64,000 nucleotides of DNA from Candidatus Multivoradales bacterium (lineage in GTDB: Bacteria > Acidobacteriota > Thermoanaerobaculia > Multivoradales > Multivoraceae): assembly GCA_965223325.1 (NCBI GenBank), contig CBDCWI010000002.1, forward strand, positions 4,416,001-4,480,000, written 5' to 3'. Under the pieces are notes generated by a model that had not been told where the DNA came from, did no database searches, and worked only from the letters and a program-made list of their open reading frames with translations. Position 1 is the first letter of the stretch. Each line of letters opens with the position of its first letter. The position numbers and the translations under genes are program-made. Positions 1 through 10,000 of this stretch are shown piece by piece.

Positions 1-1
1 C

Positions 2-853
2 TCGATTCCTCGTCTCGGCGGGTCGCTGCTGGACGAGGTGCGCGTGGCCTACTTACTCCTTCGTATTGCCGACACGTTCGAAGACGCTTACCGCTGGTCG
101 AAGGCGCGGCGTGTCGATGCCCTCTCTGAGTTCTCGGGTCTGTTCGAGAAGCCGGATCGGTCGAGGGCGGAGGCGGCCTCTAGTCGGTGGCTGGCCGATC
201 CCGAGCCGACCGACCACGAGGGCTACACCGAGCTGCTCGCCGCCGCACCAGATGTGTTGTCTGCGCTCGACGCGCTCCCCGAGCCGAACCGTCGTGCCAT
301 ATGCGCCCATGTACGGCGCACCGTCGCGGGAATGGTGGAGTTCGTCGATCGCACCGACGACGCCGGCAACCTGACTCTCCGCGACGTCGAGGACCTGCGC
401 GCCTACTGCTACGTCGTAGCGGGGATCGTCGGCGAAATGCTCACCGACCTCTTCGTTCTTCATGATGATGCCCTCCTCGTGGTGGCCGACGAGCTCCGCG
501 CTCGGGCGCCGACCTTCGGCGAGGCTCTGCAGTTGGTCAACATCACCAAAGACGCCCTGGCCGATGCCGGCGAGGGGCGCACCTTCCTGCCGCCTCAGAT
601 CGATCGCAAGGAGATCTTCGAGATCGCACGCTCTGACCTCGAGACGGCGGCAGAGTACGTTCGCCTGCTCGAAGGCGCGGGAGTTCTGCGTGGCCCAGTC
701 GAGTTCTGCGCCCTACCGGTGCTGCTCGCGCGCGCTACCCTCGACGAGGTCGAGCGACACGGCCCGGGCGCCAAGGTAGCGCGTGATCGCGTGCTGCGAG
801 AAGTCGCCGCGCTCGATCGCCGGCTCGAGCACGGCGAGCCGGCCCTGGCGTAG
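2..853 (+). CDS. Squalene/phytoene synthase family protein (5' end outside window)
   Basis: Motifs RIADTFED, YCYVVAGIVGEMLT, LQLVNITKD; frame stays open back to the window edge. Confidence 0.85.
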   Translation, partial: SIPRLGGSLLDEVRVAYLLLRIADTFEDAYRWSKARRVDALSEFSGLFEKPDRSRAEAASSRWLADPEPTDHEGYTELLAAAPDVLSALDALPEPNRRAICAHVRRTVAGMVEFVDRTDDAGNLTLRDVEDLRAYCYVVAGIVGEMLTDLFVLHDDALLVVADELRARAPTFGEALQLVNITKDALADAGEGRTFLPPQIDRKEIFEIARSDLETAAEYVRLLEGAGVLRGPVEFCALPVLLARATLDEVERHGPGAKVARDRVLREVAALDRRLEHGEPALA

Positions 854-862
854 GATCTGGCG

Positions 863-1513
863 ATGGCGACAAGTACCGTCGAGGACTACCTCAAGTGCAT
901 TCTGCAGCAGGCCGGCGATGATCAACTCGTCGGCATGGGCGCGATCGCCAGTGCCCTCGATGTGGCGCCGGGAACAGTCACGGCGATGATGAAGACACTT
1001 TCAGACTCCGGCCTTGTGCACTACGAGCCCTACAGCGGCGTACGCCTCACCGAGCCGGGCCGAAAGCTCGCGGTGCATGTTCTGCGTCGCCATCGCCTGC
1101 TCGAGCAGTTCCTCGTCCAGATCGTCGGGCTCGACTGGGCGTACGTGCACGAGGAAGCAGAGCATCTCGAACATGCCGTATCGGAGCGTCTCATCGAGCG
1201 GATTGACGAGATGCTGGGCTATCCCTCGGTCGACCCACACGGCGACCCCATTCCGGATGCTCGCGGGCGCGTCGAGAACGTCGACCTACCGAATCTGGTC
1301 GACTGCGACATCGGCGTTCCGCATACCGTCGTGCGCGTATCTGAACAGAGCGCTGCGTTTCTCGGCCTGCTCGACAGTGGTGGCCTGCGGCCGGGCGTTC
1401 TGGTTGAGGTGGCCAAGCGCGACTCCGAAAGAGTCGACCTGCGTGTGCGTGACGGCGAGCCGTTCGTCCTGGCGGCCGACGCCGCCCGCCAGGTCCTGGT
1501 TCGAGCCTGCTAG
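863..1513 (+). CDS. DtxR/MntR-family metal-dependent transcriptional regulator with FeoA-like C-terminus
   Basis: TVEDYLK, RRHRLLEQFL, HEEAEHLEH, DPHGDPIP motifs. Confidence 0.9.
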   Translation: MATSTVEDYLKCILQQAGDDQLVGMGAIASALDVAPGTVTAMMKTLSDSGLVHYEPYSGVRLTEPGRKLAVHVLRRHRLLEQFLVQIVGLDWAYVHEEAEHLEHAVSERLIERIDEMLGYPSVDPHGDPIPDARGRVENVDLPNLVDCDIGVPHTVVRVSEQSAAFLGLLDSGGLRPGVLVEVAKRDSERVDLRVRDGEPFVLAADAARQVLVRAC

Positions 1514-1528
1514 CGCCCTCAATCGAAG

Positions 1529-1834
1529 TCAGCGCCGCCGTCTACTGCGACGGTTCCGCGACTGATGATCGATCGGCCGTTTCGCGATCCAGGCGATGAA
1601 GCGTCGAATCTCGGGATGCTCACGGAGCTTCGCAATGGTGTCGTAGTGCTGGGCGATCTCTGCCTCGCTGAGTGAAGTATGGATCTTGGTGTGACAAATC
1701 CGATGCAGGATGGCGACCGGCCCATGCGCGCCCCCTTTCAGCTTCGGAACCAGGTGATGGCGACTCTCGAGCGCAGGAGGAATCTCGCGCTCGCAGAGCG
1801 GGCAGACGAGCAGCTCATCCGCCTCGGATCCCAT
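1529..1834 (-). CDS. Small HNH-endonuclease-like protein
   Basis: CPLCER...HHLVPK...HRICHTKIH zinc/HNH pattern. Confidence 0.75.
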   Translation of the reverse strand: MGSEADELLVCPLCEREIPPALESRHHLVPKLKGGAHGPVAILHRICHTKIHTSLSEAEIAQHYDTIAKLREHPEIRRFIAWIAKRPIDHQSRNRRSRRRR

Positions 1835-1857
1835 CGCGCTTGCGGCTCCCAGATCTT

Positions 1858-2586
1858 CTACCGAGCCGGCACGGTGCCGCTCCAGAAGCCCGTGTCCTCG
1901 GATTCGAACCCGTCGACGAAGAGTGCACAGCGAAACTCGAAGGTGCCCAGGGGCGGTGTCCCCCCGAGTGGGCCGGTTGTGATGAGGTGGATGATGTCTT
2001 GCGGCATGGTCTCTTGATTGCCCGAGGTGAAACTTTCCCCGCTGTCTGTTCCGGCGTCCCAGGCGACCAGAGAGACGGTTGGCGAGAGCCAGCCCGTGGC
2101 GTCGCGAAGCGCCAGGGCGGTCACGCCGACGAACCAGTCGGGGCTCGGAGCAATCATCGACACGAGGGTGACGTAGGGGTGTGACACCTCGAGGTCGAAG
2201 CTCATGGTGACTTCGCCGGGCGACGTGCCGATGCCGCCTCCCGAGAGAACGGCCAGGGCCGTGCCGCTGGTAATCGCACTTTCGACCTCGTCCTGGAGGT
2301 CTCCTTTGGCGCCCTGCTCCGCCATTCTCTGTGTGCCCAGTGAGGCGAAGCCACCGGGCTCCCAGAACGACACTTGATCGTTATGGCTGCCGCCGATCAA
2401 GCCGGAGAAGTGTGGGTTGGGCGGGAACTCCTCGGGGTGGGTGGCTGCGCTCCAGGTGGCCGCGAAACGCACCGAGCACTCAGTGCCGGATTGTGCCCCA
2501 GCGGCAACAGGGAGTACGAACAACAAGATGGCGGCAACGAGCGTGGTGAGGAAGACCCCTCGTGCGATGGTTCTGATGTAGCTCAT
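1858..2586 (-). CDS. Secreted spondin_N domain protein with C-terminal LFVDGFES motif
   Basis: Signal peptide from ATG 2586; PHFSGLIG, SMIAPSPDWFVG, WDAGTD spondin motifs. Confidence 0.85.
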   Translation of the reverse strand: MSYIRTIARGVFLTTLVAAILLFVLPVAAGAQSGTECSVRFAATWSAATHPEEFPPNPHFSGLIGGSHNDQVSFWEPGGFASLGTQRMAEQGAKGDLQDEVESAITSGTALAVLSGGGIGTSPGEVTMSFDLEVSHPYVTLVSMIAPSPDWFVGVTALALRDATGWLSPTVSLVAWDAGTDSGESFTSGNQETMPQDIIHLITTGPLGGTPPLGTFEFRCALFVDGFESEDTGFWSGTVPAR

Positions 2587-2669
2587 CGCCCTATGGTGGC
2601 ATGAAGCTCCGCTCGTTGGCATGGAGAGTCCGAGCCTGAGGTCTTTGGCTGCTGGAGCGGGGTAGTCTG

Positions 2670-4730
2670 ATGCCCTCATGGAAGGTTCCAATCGACGGCC
2701 CGCCAGCGATCTTCCTCGCTCCGTCAGGAGGGTGTGACGTGCCAGCCCGAAAGCGCACTCGGAAGCGCCGGCCTCGGGATGAGGCCGCAGGACCGGGCGT
2801 TTCTGTCTGGCCACGACGGACGGCTTTTCTTGTGCTGCTCGTGCTGGTGGTGTTTGGAGATGATCGCTTTGCCGGCATGGTGGCCGACGGGCGGCAGATG
2901 ATCCGTACCGCCATTGCCCTGGTTGAAACCGGCGAGATCGGCCAGGCCAACGACCGTGACTTTGTCGTTCCGCGCGCGGCTGGCGACTCGGTTTCACGAT
3001 TCGGAATGGCCGCCAGTTTTCTTCAGCTTCCGGCCGCTGTTCTTGCGCCACACGCGGAGCGCTCAGGCCGGCGCGGTGCGTCGCAGCCGCTCTTTCTGCT
3101 GGTGCCGTGGTTGTGCATCGGCCTCGCCGGCTGGGCCGCGGGAAGAATCGTGCTTCGACTGGGCGAAGGAGAGGAGGAAGCGGCGTCGCGCGGACTGGTG
3201 ATCGCAACCGTTCTCCTGGCCACTCTCGCTTCGCCCTTGGGTTCCTACGCCAGCATGGAGTTCTCAGAACCGGTACAGGCAGCCGCCCTGGTTCTCTGCC
3301 TTCTGGCAGCGCTACGCGCCGCGCAAGACGACTTACTCGATCTTCGGATGGCTTTCCTTGCCGGCTTCGCGGCCGGAGTGGCAGTGCTGACCAAGAGCAG
3401 CTTGATTGTCGCTGCTCCGGCCGCTCTCTTGCCCCTGCTGGACTGGCGCGACCGGCAGCGCGCCATTCGGGGTCTCTTGAGTGCGGCTGGAGCGGCACTT
3501 CTTCCGCTTGCCGTCTGGCTGGTGTTTGAGTTCGTTCGCTTCGGTGAGGTCTTCGGTGGCTATCCTGATGACCGTTTCACCAACCCCTGGTTCGATGGCG
3601 CTTGGCGTCTCCTGTTTGGTTTCAATCGCGGGTTCCTATGGTTCTGGCCAGCCCTTCTGTTCTTTGCCTGGGCGGGCAGAAGGGCGATCGCAGAGAAGTT
3701 CAAGACTCCTGTGAGCCGCGCCTGGTTGGGCGCCGCTCTGGTCGGAGCGTCGTTGTTGGTGGTTGCCGCCGGCTACTGGGGGTGGCACGGCATGGAGGGG
3801 TGGGGTCCTCGCCTGGTGATCGCAGCGATTCCGCTGATGGCTCCGTTCGCGGCGCTGGCTGCGAACCGGTTGGGGACGCGCTGGTTGTGGACGTTGGTTA
3901 CGTTTTGCCTGGTCTCGAATCTTCCACCGCTGCTACAGCACCCGACGCCGGTCGCCACCTACATCGTCAACCTGCCGTGGCCGGAGATTCCACCCGAGAG
4001 TGCAGAGCGCTATCCCTTCTATGCGCGCGGAACATCGGCCGACGGCAAGCCGACGGTGGTCCCATTCGAGGTGCTGGAACGCCAAGCGGCAGCCAACCCC
4101 TGGCGGCTTTACCTCTGGATGTGGAACGCCAGCAAGACGTCGGACTCGCAGTTGGCCCGCGCGCTTGCTGACCCGCCCTGGGCGACGGCACTCCCCGAGC
4201 TGGTCCCGACGCGGCCCTGGCCGGGCTCGGTCGCCCGTCAGGTGGCGCCACGACCAGACGGTGCCTGGTTAGGCCATAGCCTGCTCGGCGGCGCTAGTCC
4301 GAAGCCAGCGACAGCGGTCTACCTCGACGGCTTGCTCGATCAGGTCATTCGAGCTCTGCAACTCGGTCGCGTCGATGAGGCGGTGCGGTTGGCGAGAAAG
4401 CGCCGAGCGCTTTCGGAAGATCCAGAGGCCGATGCCTGGTTTCTCGAAAGTCTCCGTTTGGCGGGTCGTATCGATGAACTGAAAGGCGCGGTCGATGACA
4501 TGACCGCGGAGCGCCGCGGCGCCCCTATCGTGCACCTGGTTCTGGCACTGACGGATCGCGACCTGGGGGACAACCAGCGCGCCCGCGAGACCCTCGCTCC
4601 AGCGGGCAGACTCTTCCCGGGTACTCCGGCCGAACGGGCAGCATCGCAATCACCCTCGGAGTGGCCGGCCGATCTCGATGGTCTCTTGCACTTCGAACGA
4701 CGCGACGCCGCCGTCCTCGGCGAGCGCTAG
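2670..4730 (+). CDS. Multi-pass membrane protein, PMT/ArnT-like glycosyltransferase family, helical C-terminus (start uncertain)
   Basis: Many hydrophobic segments; FSEP, LTKS, WHGMEGWGPRL motifs. Confidence 0.6.
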   Translation: MPSWKVPIDGPPAIFLAPSGGCDVPARKRTRKRRPRDEAAGPGVSVWPRRTAFLVLLVLVVFGDDRFAGMVADGRQMIRTAIALVETGEIGQANDRDFVVPRAAGDSVSRFGMAASFLQLPAAVLAPHAERSGRRGASQPLFLLVPWLCIGLAGWAAGRIVLRLGEGEEEAASRGLVIATVLLATLASPLGSYASMEFSEPVQAAALVLCLLAALRAAQDDLLDLRMAFLAGFAAGVAVLTKSSLIVAAPAALLPLLDWRDRQRAIRGLLSAAGAALLPLAVWLVFEFVRFGEVFGGYPDDRFTNPWFDGAWRLLFGFNRGFLWFWPALLFFAWAGRRAIAEKFKTPVSRAWLGAALVGASLLVVAAGYWGWHGMEGWGPRLVIAAIPLMAPFAALAANRLGTRWLWTLVTFCLVSNLPPLLQHPTPVATYIVNLPWPEIPPESAERYPFYARGTSADGKPTVVPFEVLERQAAANPWRLYLWMWNASKTSDSQLARALADPPWATALPELVPTRPWPGSVARQVAPRPDGAWLGHSLLGGASPKPATAVYLDGLLDQVIRALQLGRVDEAVRLARKRRALSEDPEADAWFLESLRLAGRIDELKGAVDDMTAERRGAPIVHLVLALTDRDLGDNQRARETLAPAGRLFPGTPAERAASQSPSEWPADLDGLLHFERRDAAVLGER

Positions 4731-4776
4731 GCTCGTTTCCGCGTTGCGTGGGCCAAGCAGAGTTGCGTGGGCCAAG

Positions 4777-4802
4777 AAAAGGGGGCCCGGTGGGCCCCCT
4801 TT
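4777..4802. terminator. Bidirectional intrinsic terminator between convergent genes
   Basis: AAAA-GGGGGCCC-GGT-GGGCCCCC-TTT; preceded by a 15-bp direct repeat GTTGCGTGGGCCAAG (4743, 4762). Confidence 0.8.
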
Positions 4803-4859
4803 CATGATCGCTACGGTCTGATTGGACCGCTAGCGGTTCTCTAGCGAAACTACGTTCGC

Positions 4860-7838
4860 CTAGAACTCCACGCGAACCGAGAAGCGCACGGTGCGAGCCG
4901 GCTGCCACTGGTTCGGCTGGTTGAACAACGTGTTCACGATGCTCGGGTTGGCTGCGAGGATGCCCTCGTAGTCCCAACCACCAGCGAAGAACTCTTCAGA
5001 GGTGAGCGGCAGGGAACCAACCGTGCGCTCGTTGACGCGACGGGTGACGGCTTCCTGATCGAACAGGTTCAGCACCGTCACACCGAAGCGCAGCTTGGTG
5101 GCCGACAGGTCGAGGTCGTAGAACAGGCTGAGGTCAGTCTGCGTGACGTCGTCTGTGCGTGACAGGTTGTCGCGACCGTTGGGGAAGAACGGAACGTTCG
5201 AACCCACGAAGGCCTCTTCCGACACCGGGATGCCACTGCTGTAGAACTGGTTCAACGCCGCGGTGACGCCGACCGGGAAGCGGTAGACGAACTGCGCCTT
5301 GGCCACGTGCGGGCGATCGGTGCCAAGAGGACCGAAGACCAGCTGACCGTTGCGGTCGTAGGTGTTCTCGATGTGGTCGAAGAAACGGTTGACATTCGGT
5401 GATGTACGGCCGTCCTCATCCGAGGAAGCCAGACCCGAATAGTTCCCCTCGAGCTCACTGTAGGTGTAGCTCGCCCACAAGGCCCAGTTGTCGGCCATGC
5501 GGCGGGTGAACTTGAACTCGAGACCGTTGTACTCGCGTGTTGCCTTGGGGAAGGCTGGGATCGACGGATCGTTGAGGGAGAGCGAGATGCCTTCGCCAGG
5601 ATTGGCGATGTAGAACACTTCGCCGATTCCGGGAACGACGATGCCGACGTCCTCGATGGTCCGCACGAGATCCTTGTAGATGTAGCGCGCACCGAGCACG
5701 ACCCGCGGGGTCAGCTGATGCTCGAGACCGAGTTGGTACTCGTCCTCTTCCATCGGCTTGAGGTTGGGGTCAACTGTGCTGTCCAGGTCTTCGGCCGAGT
5801 TGAAACGACGATCGAGAGCTTCGATGAAGCCACCTGCGGGGCAGCTGGGCGATTCGAAGATCGTGTTCGACCCGGTTGCGCAGCCGGACGTGCTGTTGGT
5901 GGACCAGTCGGGGTTGTCCCAGGTGAAGAAGTAGTCGACCCACTTGTCACCACCGAAGGACCCGCGCGGCAGCTCGTACTTCATGACGTCGAAGTACTTG
6001 CCGTAGGAGCCGTAGAGCTTCCACTCGGAGTCGCCGTTGATGTCCCAGGCGAAACCGAGACGCGGCGCAGTCTTGTCGTCGTAGTCGAACTCGATCGGCG
6101 AGGATGGTCCTGCGCTACCGAAGTTCGGAATCCGCTCATGCTCGGCACGCAGGCCGACGTTGAAGGTCCAGTTGCCGGTCTGGTAGGTGTCCTGCAGGAA
6201 TATGGCTTCGTTGCGGCTTGCGACCTGGCCCAACGTCGAGATGTTGAGCAGGCGGAAGTAGCCGTACTGACCGGAGATGGTCTGGCCAGTCGACGAGCGG
6301 TACGGACGGCCGGCGTAGTAGAGGATGCGATCAGCGTTGTAGCCGCTCTGGACGTCGTTGGTGATCTCCTCCGTCTGATAGCCGAGCTTGAGCGAGTGGT
6401 CGCCGCCACCCTGGACGTAGTAGGTGCCATCGAGCGACACCGACTCACGCTCGTACTCATCGCGAGCAGTTGCACCACCAACCAGGATGTCGCTGAAGAA
6501 TCCCGGACTGCGTTGGAACTGCGACGGCAGATTGGCGATACCCGCGGCAGTGCTGGTGGTCGAGAAGTTGTGAACGAGACCCGGGAACTGGATGCCGGTG
6601 TCCATCACATCTGTGTGGTAGAGCCCACCGCGGAGTGAGGCGACGAAGTTGGCGGTCGGCAGGTAGTCGACATAGCCAGAGATCGTGCGCCGTTCACCCT
6701 CTTCGCCCCGGAGGTAGTCTTCCGGGTCGGTCAAGCTGGTGCGACCACTGCGCACCGGGAGGCGACCGTCGACGGTGTAGTCGGAGTTGGCCACGCCGAG
6801 CTTGTAGAGCACCTGCGAACCGGCGTTGCCGTTGAAGTTGAGCAGACCGTACTGGACGTCGACTTCTTGTGGGAAGCGGTTGGTGGTGCCGTCGGTGAAG
6901 GTGGTCTGACGACTGTTGTCGGTCAGGCCGGGCTGGTAGGAGCCGAATACGAACAGGCGGTCGCGCACGATCGGGCCGCTGAAGAACGCGCCGGGATCGA
7001 TGCGCTCGTCGCTGTCGTCGGTGTTGCGCAGGTACTGCGGCGAATCATCGTCGAGGTTGCGTACCAGGACGGGCCGCTCGGAACCGCCGCCGATGTCGTT
7101 GTCTTCGTACTGGGCGAGAACGCCGAAGCGCCAGTCCTGCGTACCACCCTTGGTGACCGCGTTGATCACGCCACCGGTGGAACCGCCGAACTCGGCGGCG
7201 TAGCCGGCTGACTTGACCTGGACTTCTTCCATGAAGTCGGTGCGCATCGGAACGCTCGAGGTGCCTTCCTGCGGCGAAGTCGTGTCGATGCCGTCGATGA
7301 TGAAGCGGTTCTCAGCGCCCGACGAACCGTCGATCGAGAGACCGCCGGCCTGTGACTCGTCCTGCGCACCGCTGGCGAGGGCGACGACGTCTGAGAAGTC
7401 GCGACCGGCCGGAACCATCTCGATGCGTTCGCGGGCGATACTCGTTGTCGTAGCGTTCGACGAAACGTCGATCGCGAGACCTTCACTGGTCACAGTGATC
7501 ACTTCGTCGACCGAGGCCAGCGCGAGCTCAAAGACCACCCGGGTGACGTTGCCGATCGAGACGTCGGCTTCCTGGGACTGGCTGGCGAACCCTTCGAGGC
7601 CTGCCTCGACGGTGTAGATGCCAGACGCCAGGCGGGGCAGACGGAACTGGCCGTTGGCGTCGGTGGTGGTCGAGACGCGGCCCACCGGGCCGATGGCTTC
7701 AATGGTGACGCCGGGGAGTGCCCCGCCGTCGCCGTCGGTGACGGTTCCTGCGAGTGAACCTGCCTGTTCCTGTGCCCCTGCAGGCCAGGCCAGGAGGGCC
7801 ACGACGAGAATCGTCGTGAGAATTCCAAATGCGCGCAT
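4860..7838 (-). CDS. Oar-like TonB-dependent receptor with N-terminal carboxypeptidase-regulatory-like domain
   Basis: Signal peptide, GALPGVTI, AEFGGSTGGVINAVTK plug, APRLGFAWD, C-terminal F; RBS GAGGAG before ATG 7838. Confidence 0.9.
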   Translation of the reverse strand: MRAFGILTTILVVALLAWPAGAQEQAGSLAGTVTDGDGGALPGVTIEAIGPVGRVSTTTDANGQFRLPRLASGIYTVEAGLEGFASQSQEADVSIGNVTRVVFELALASVDEVITVTSEGLAIDVSSNATTTSIARERIEMVPAGRDFSDVVALASGAQDESQAGGLSIDGSSGAENRFIIDGIDTTSPQEGTSSVPMRTDFMEEVQVKSAGYAAEFGGSTGGVINAVTKGGTQDWRFGVLAQYEDNDIGGGSERPVLVRNLDDDSPQYLRNTDDSDERIDPGAFFSGPIVRDRLFVFGSYQPGLTDNSRQTTFTDGTTNRFPQEVDVQYGLLNFNGNAGSQVLYKLGVANSDYTVDGRLPVRSGRTSLTDPEDYLRGEEGERRTISGYVDYLPTANFVASLRGGLYHTDVMDTGIQFPGLVHNFSTTSTAAGIANLPSQFQRSPGFFSDILVGGATARDEYERESVSLDGTYYVQGGGDHSLKLGYQTEEITNDVQSGYNADRILYYAGRPYRSSTGQTISGQYGYFRLLNISTLGQVASRNEAIFLQDTYQTGNWTFNVGLRAEHERIPNFGSAGPSSPIEFDYDDKTAPRLGFAWDINGDSEWKLYGSYGKYFDVMKYELPRGSFGGDKWVDYFFTWDNPDWSTNSTSGCATGSNTIFESPSCPAGGFIEALDRRFNSAEDLDSTVDPNLKPMEEDEYQLGLEHQLTPRVVLGARYIYKDLVRTIEDVGIVVPGIGEVFYIANPGEGISLSLNDPSIPAFPKATREYNGLEFKFTRRMADNWALWASYTYSELEGNYSGLASSDEDGRTSPNVNRFFDHIENTYDRNGQLVFGPLGTDRPHVAKAQFVYRFPVGVTAALNQFYSSGIPVSEEAFVGSNVPFFPNGRDNLSRTDDVTQTDLSLFYDLDLSATKLRFGVTVLNLFDQEAVTRRVNERTVGSLPLTSEEFFAGGWDYEGILAANPSIVNTLFNQPNQWQPARTVRFSVRVEF

Positions 7839-8279
7839 AGCTTTCTCCTCTTTTGCTAGTCGCTGTGAAGGACTCAGGTGATCTTGAAACTGAATACAAA
7901 GATGGCCAGACACCCGTTTATCCTCTTGAGATCTTCTGGGCCGGGGAGGTGCAACAACGCTGCCGGGATGAATCACCAAGAATAGGGATAAACCACAGGC
8001 TTCAGGTGAGGAACGGCGTTAGAACTGTTATCGACGCCACTGCCCGGATTCCAGCGGTCCTGGTCGTCTGGCCGCCGATCACGTCGCCTTCGGGACCAGG
8101 CGGGCGACGTTCTTGTCAGCCTGCCTGGGACGAACCGTTCAAACGGTTGGAGTCGGCTCCAGAATTATGGTGAGCGCGCTCACCAGGGAGGCGGCTTGAA
8201 GGCGCCGAGAGACCCTTGTTGGAGTGCTCATCCCGAACGAGTAACTTGGAAGCCGGTACGACTCGGATAGCCTCTGCCG

Positions 8280-9467
8280 ATGAGTGAGCCCCCGACTGAG
8301 CCCAGCTCTCCGCCGCTCCTTCGGGGCCGCAAGGGCGGGCTCTATCAGGCGCCCGGCGTTCGCCGCCCGCAGCGCGACATGGCCGCGCCCGAGCAGCTCT
8401 ATACCTGGGAGGTCGGGGGCCCCTCGCATGGCGAACGGCTCGATCGATTCCTCGAGCGTGAGTGTTCGTTCGCCAGCCGGAGCGTGGTGCGCCAATGGCT
8501 CGAGCAAGGCCTCCTTCGCATCGCTGCCTGGAAGGATCCGCAGGCTTCACCGGTCGGTCGGCTGCGGCCGGCGACCCGGTTGCGTCGCGGCCAGAAGGTC
8601 GAGTTGCGCCTCGTAGCGCCCGCTGTACGCATCGCTTCGCGGAACGAGGCGCCACCTCTCGAGGTGCTCTTCGAAGACGAACAACTCCTCGCGTTCTCGA
8701 AGCCTTCTGGGGTCAACATGTATCCGAGTCCGCGCCATCCGGGGGCTTCACTCATTGAACGGGTTCACCGGCGTCACCGCGAGCTCGGCCTAGGCACCCA
8801 ACCTCCGCCTTCGCCTTGCCACCGCCTCGATCGAGACACCTCGGGGGTCGTGCTCTTTGCGAGAGATCGGCGGAGCCGCGCAACCATCGCACGGGCCTTC
8901 GAACTACGACAGCTCGAGAAGGTCTACCTGGCGCTGGTGGCCGGAGTTGTCGAAGCCGACCGCCAGCGGCTCACCGGACATCTAGGACCGGACCCGAGCT
9001 CTACGATTCCCGCCCGGCAGGCGGTCGTCGCAGACACGACGCCAGGTTCGCAGACTGCCGAAACCGAGGTCAGGGTGAAAAAGCGCGGTGCCGACCGTAC
9101 GCTCCTCGAGCTGCGACCGAAGACCGGGCGCCAGCACCAGCTTCGGGTTCACCTGGCCGATGCCGGCCACCCGATCCTCGGCGATCGTCTCTACCTGGGC
9201 GGCGACGATCTCTTCCTCCGATCGCTCGACGCCGAAGGGCTCGAGTCGCTCACCAGCGCCGATCGCCAGCGACTGGTTCTTCCCCGGCTCGCCCTGCACG
9301 CCTGGAGACTCGCCCTCCGGCACCCAGCAACCGGCGCCTGGATCCTGATCGAGGCACCGCCAGCGACCGGAACCTTCGGGGGCACCGAACTCGGCGGAGG
9401 CACTGAACTCTTCGGAGGCACTGAACTCTTCGGAGGCACTGAACTCTTCGGAGGGTTCGATGACTGA
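8280..9467 (+). CDS. RluA-family RNA pseudouridine synthase
   Basis: KPSG, HRLDRDTSG, TGRQHQLRVH, PILGDRLY, LHAW motifs. Confidence 0.9.
   Translation: MSEPPTEPSSPPLLRGRKGGLYQAPGVRRPQRDMAAPEQLYTWEVGGPSHGERLDRFLERECSFASRSVVRQWLEQGLLRIAAWKDPQASPVGRLRPATRLRRGQKVELRLVAPAVRIASRNEAPPLEVLFEDEQLLAFSKPSGVNMYPSPRHPGASLIERVHRRHRELGLGTQPPPSPCHRLDRDTSGVVLFARDRRSRATIARAFELRQLEKVYLALVAGVVEADRQRLTGHLGPDPSSTIPARQAVVADTTPGSQTAETEVRVKKRGADRTLLELRPKTGRQHQLRVHLADAGHPILGDRLYLGGDDLFLRSLDAEGLESLTSADRQRLVLPRLALHAWRLALRHPATGAWILIEAPPATGTFGGTELGGGTELFGGTELFGGTELFGGFDD
9375..9454 (+). repeat. 18-bp in-frame tandem repeat (TTCGGAGGCACTGAACTC, ~4.4 copies) encoding FGGTEL
   Basis: Read directly at the 3' end of the RluA gene. 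Confidence 0.9.
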
Positions 9468-9541
9468 AGCCCGCGCGTCGGGCCGGCGGCTCCGCGAAGG
9501 CGATCCATCCAGTGGTCCAGCAGGCGGCGTACACTCGGTCG

Positions 9542-9904
9542 ATGAGCACCGTCAAGAAGATCTCGTTGGGCCTCATGGCCCTGTTCTATGTCGCTGCGGG
9601 CATCAACCACTTCATCAACCCCGACTTCTACATCCGGCTCATGCCGCCGTGGATTCCAGCCCATGCCGCGATGGTCGCGCTCTCGGGCGTCGCCGAGATC
9701 GCTCTCGGTTGCCTGGTCCTGCTACCTGCTACCCGCAAGCTCGCTGCCTGGGGCATCATCGCGATGCTGGTCGGATTCCTGCCGGTACACGTTCACATGC
9801 TGGTCAATGCGGAGCTCTACCCCGAGGCGCCGGTTCCCTTTCTGTGGCTTCGCTTCCCGATGCAGGTGGTATTCGGATTGTGGGCCTGGTGGCATCGCGA
9901 GTAG
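9542..9904 (+). CDS. DoxX-like membrane protein
   Basis: AGINHF...MPPWIP...SGVAEI...WLRFPMQ pattern. Confidence 0.8.
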   Translation: MSTVKKISLGLMALFYVAAGINHFINPDFYIRLMPPWIPAHAAMVALSGVAEIALGCLVLLPATRKLAAWGIIAMLVGFLPVHVHMLVNAELYPEAPVPFLWLRFPMQVVFGLWAWWHRE

Positions 9905-10000
9905 CTGAACCTGCGAGGCGGCGCGCTCCCACGGGTCGCTCCCCTGAGCAGGCGATAGACTGAGGGCTCCAACCCCACTCTGCCAACCAGGAGTTACGCC

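Noticed and set aside
2587-3498. Long N-terminal extension of the spondin ORF
   Set aside because: Overlaps the opposite-strand membrane gene; the signal peptide starts at 2586
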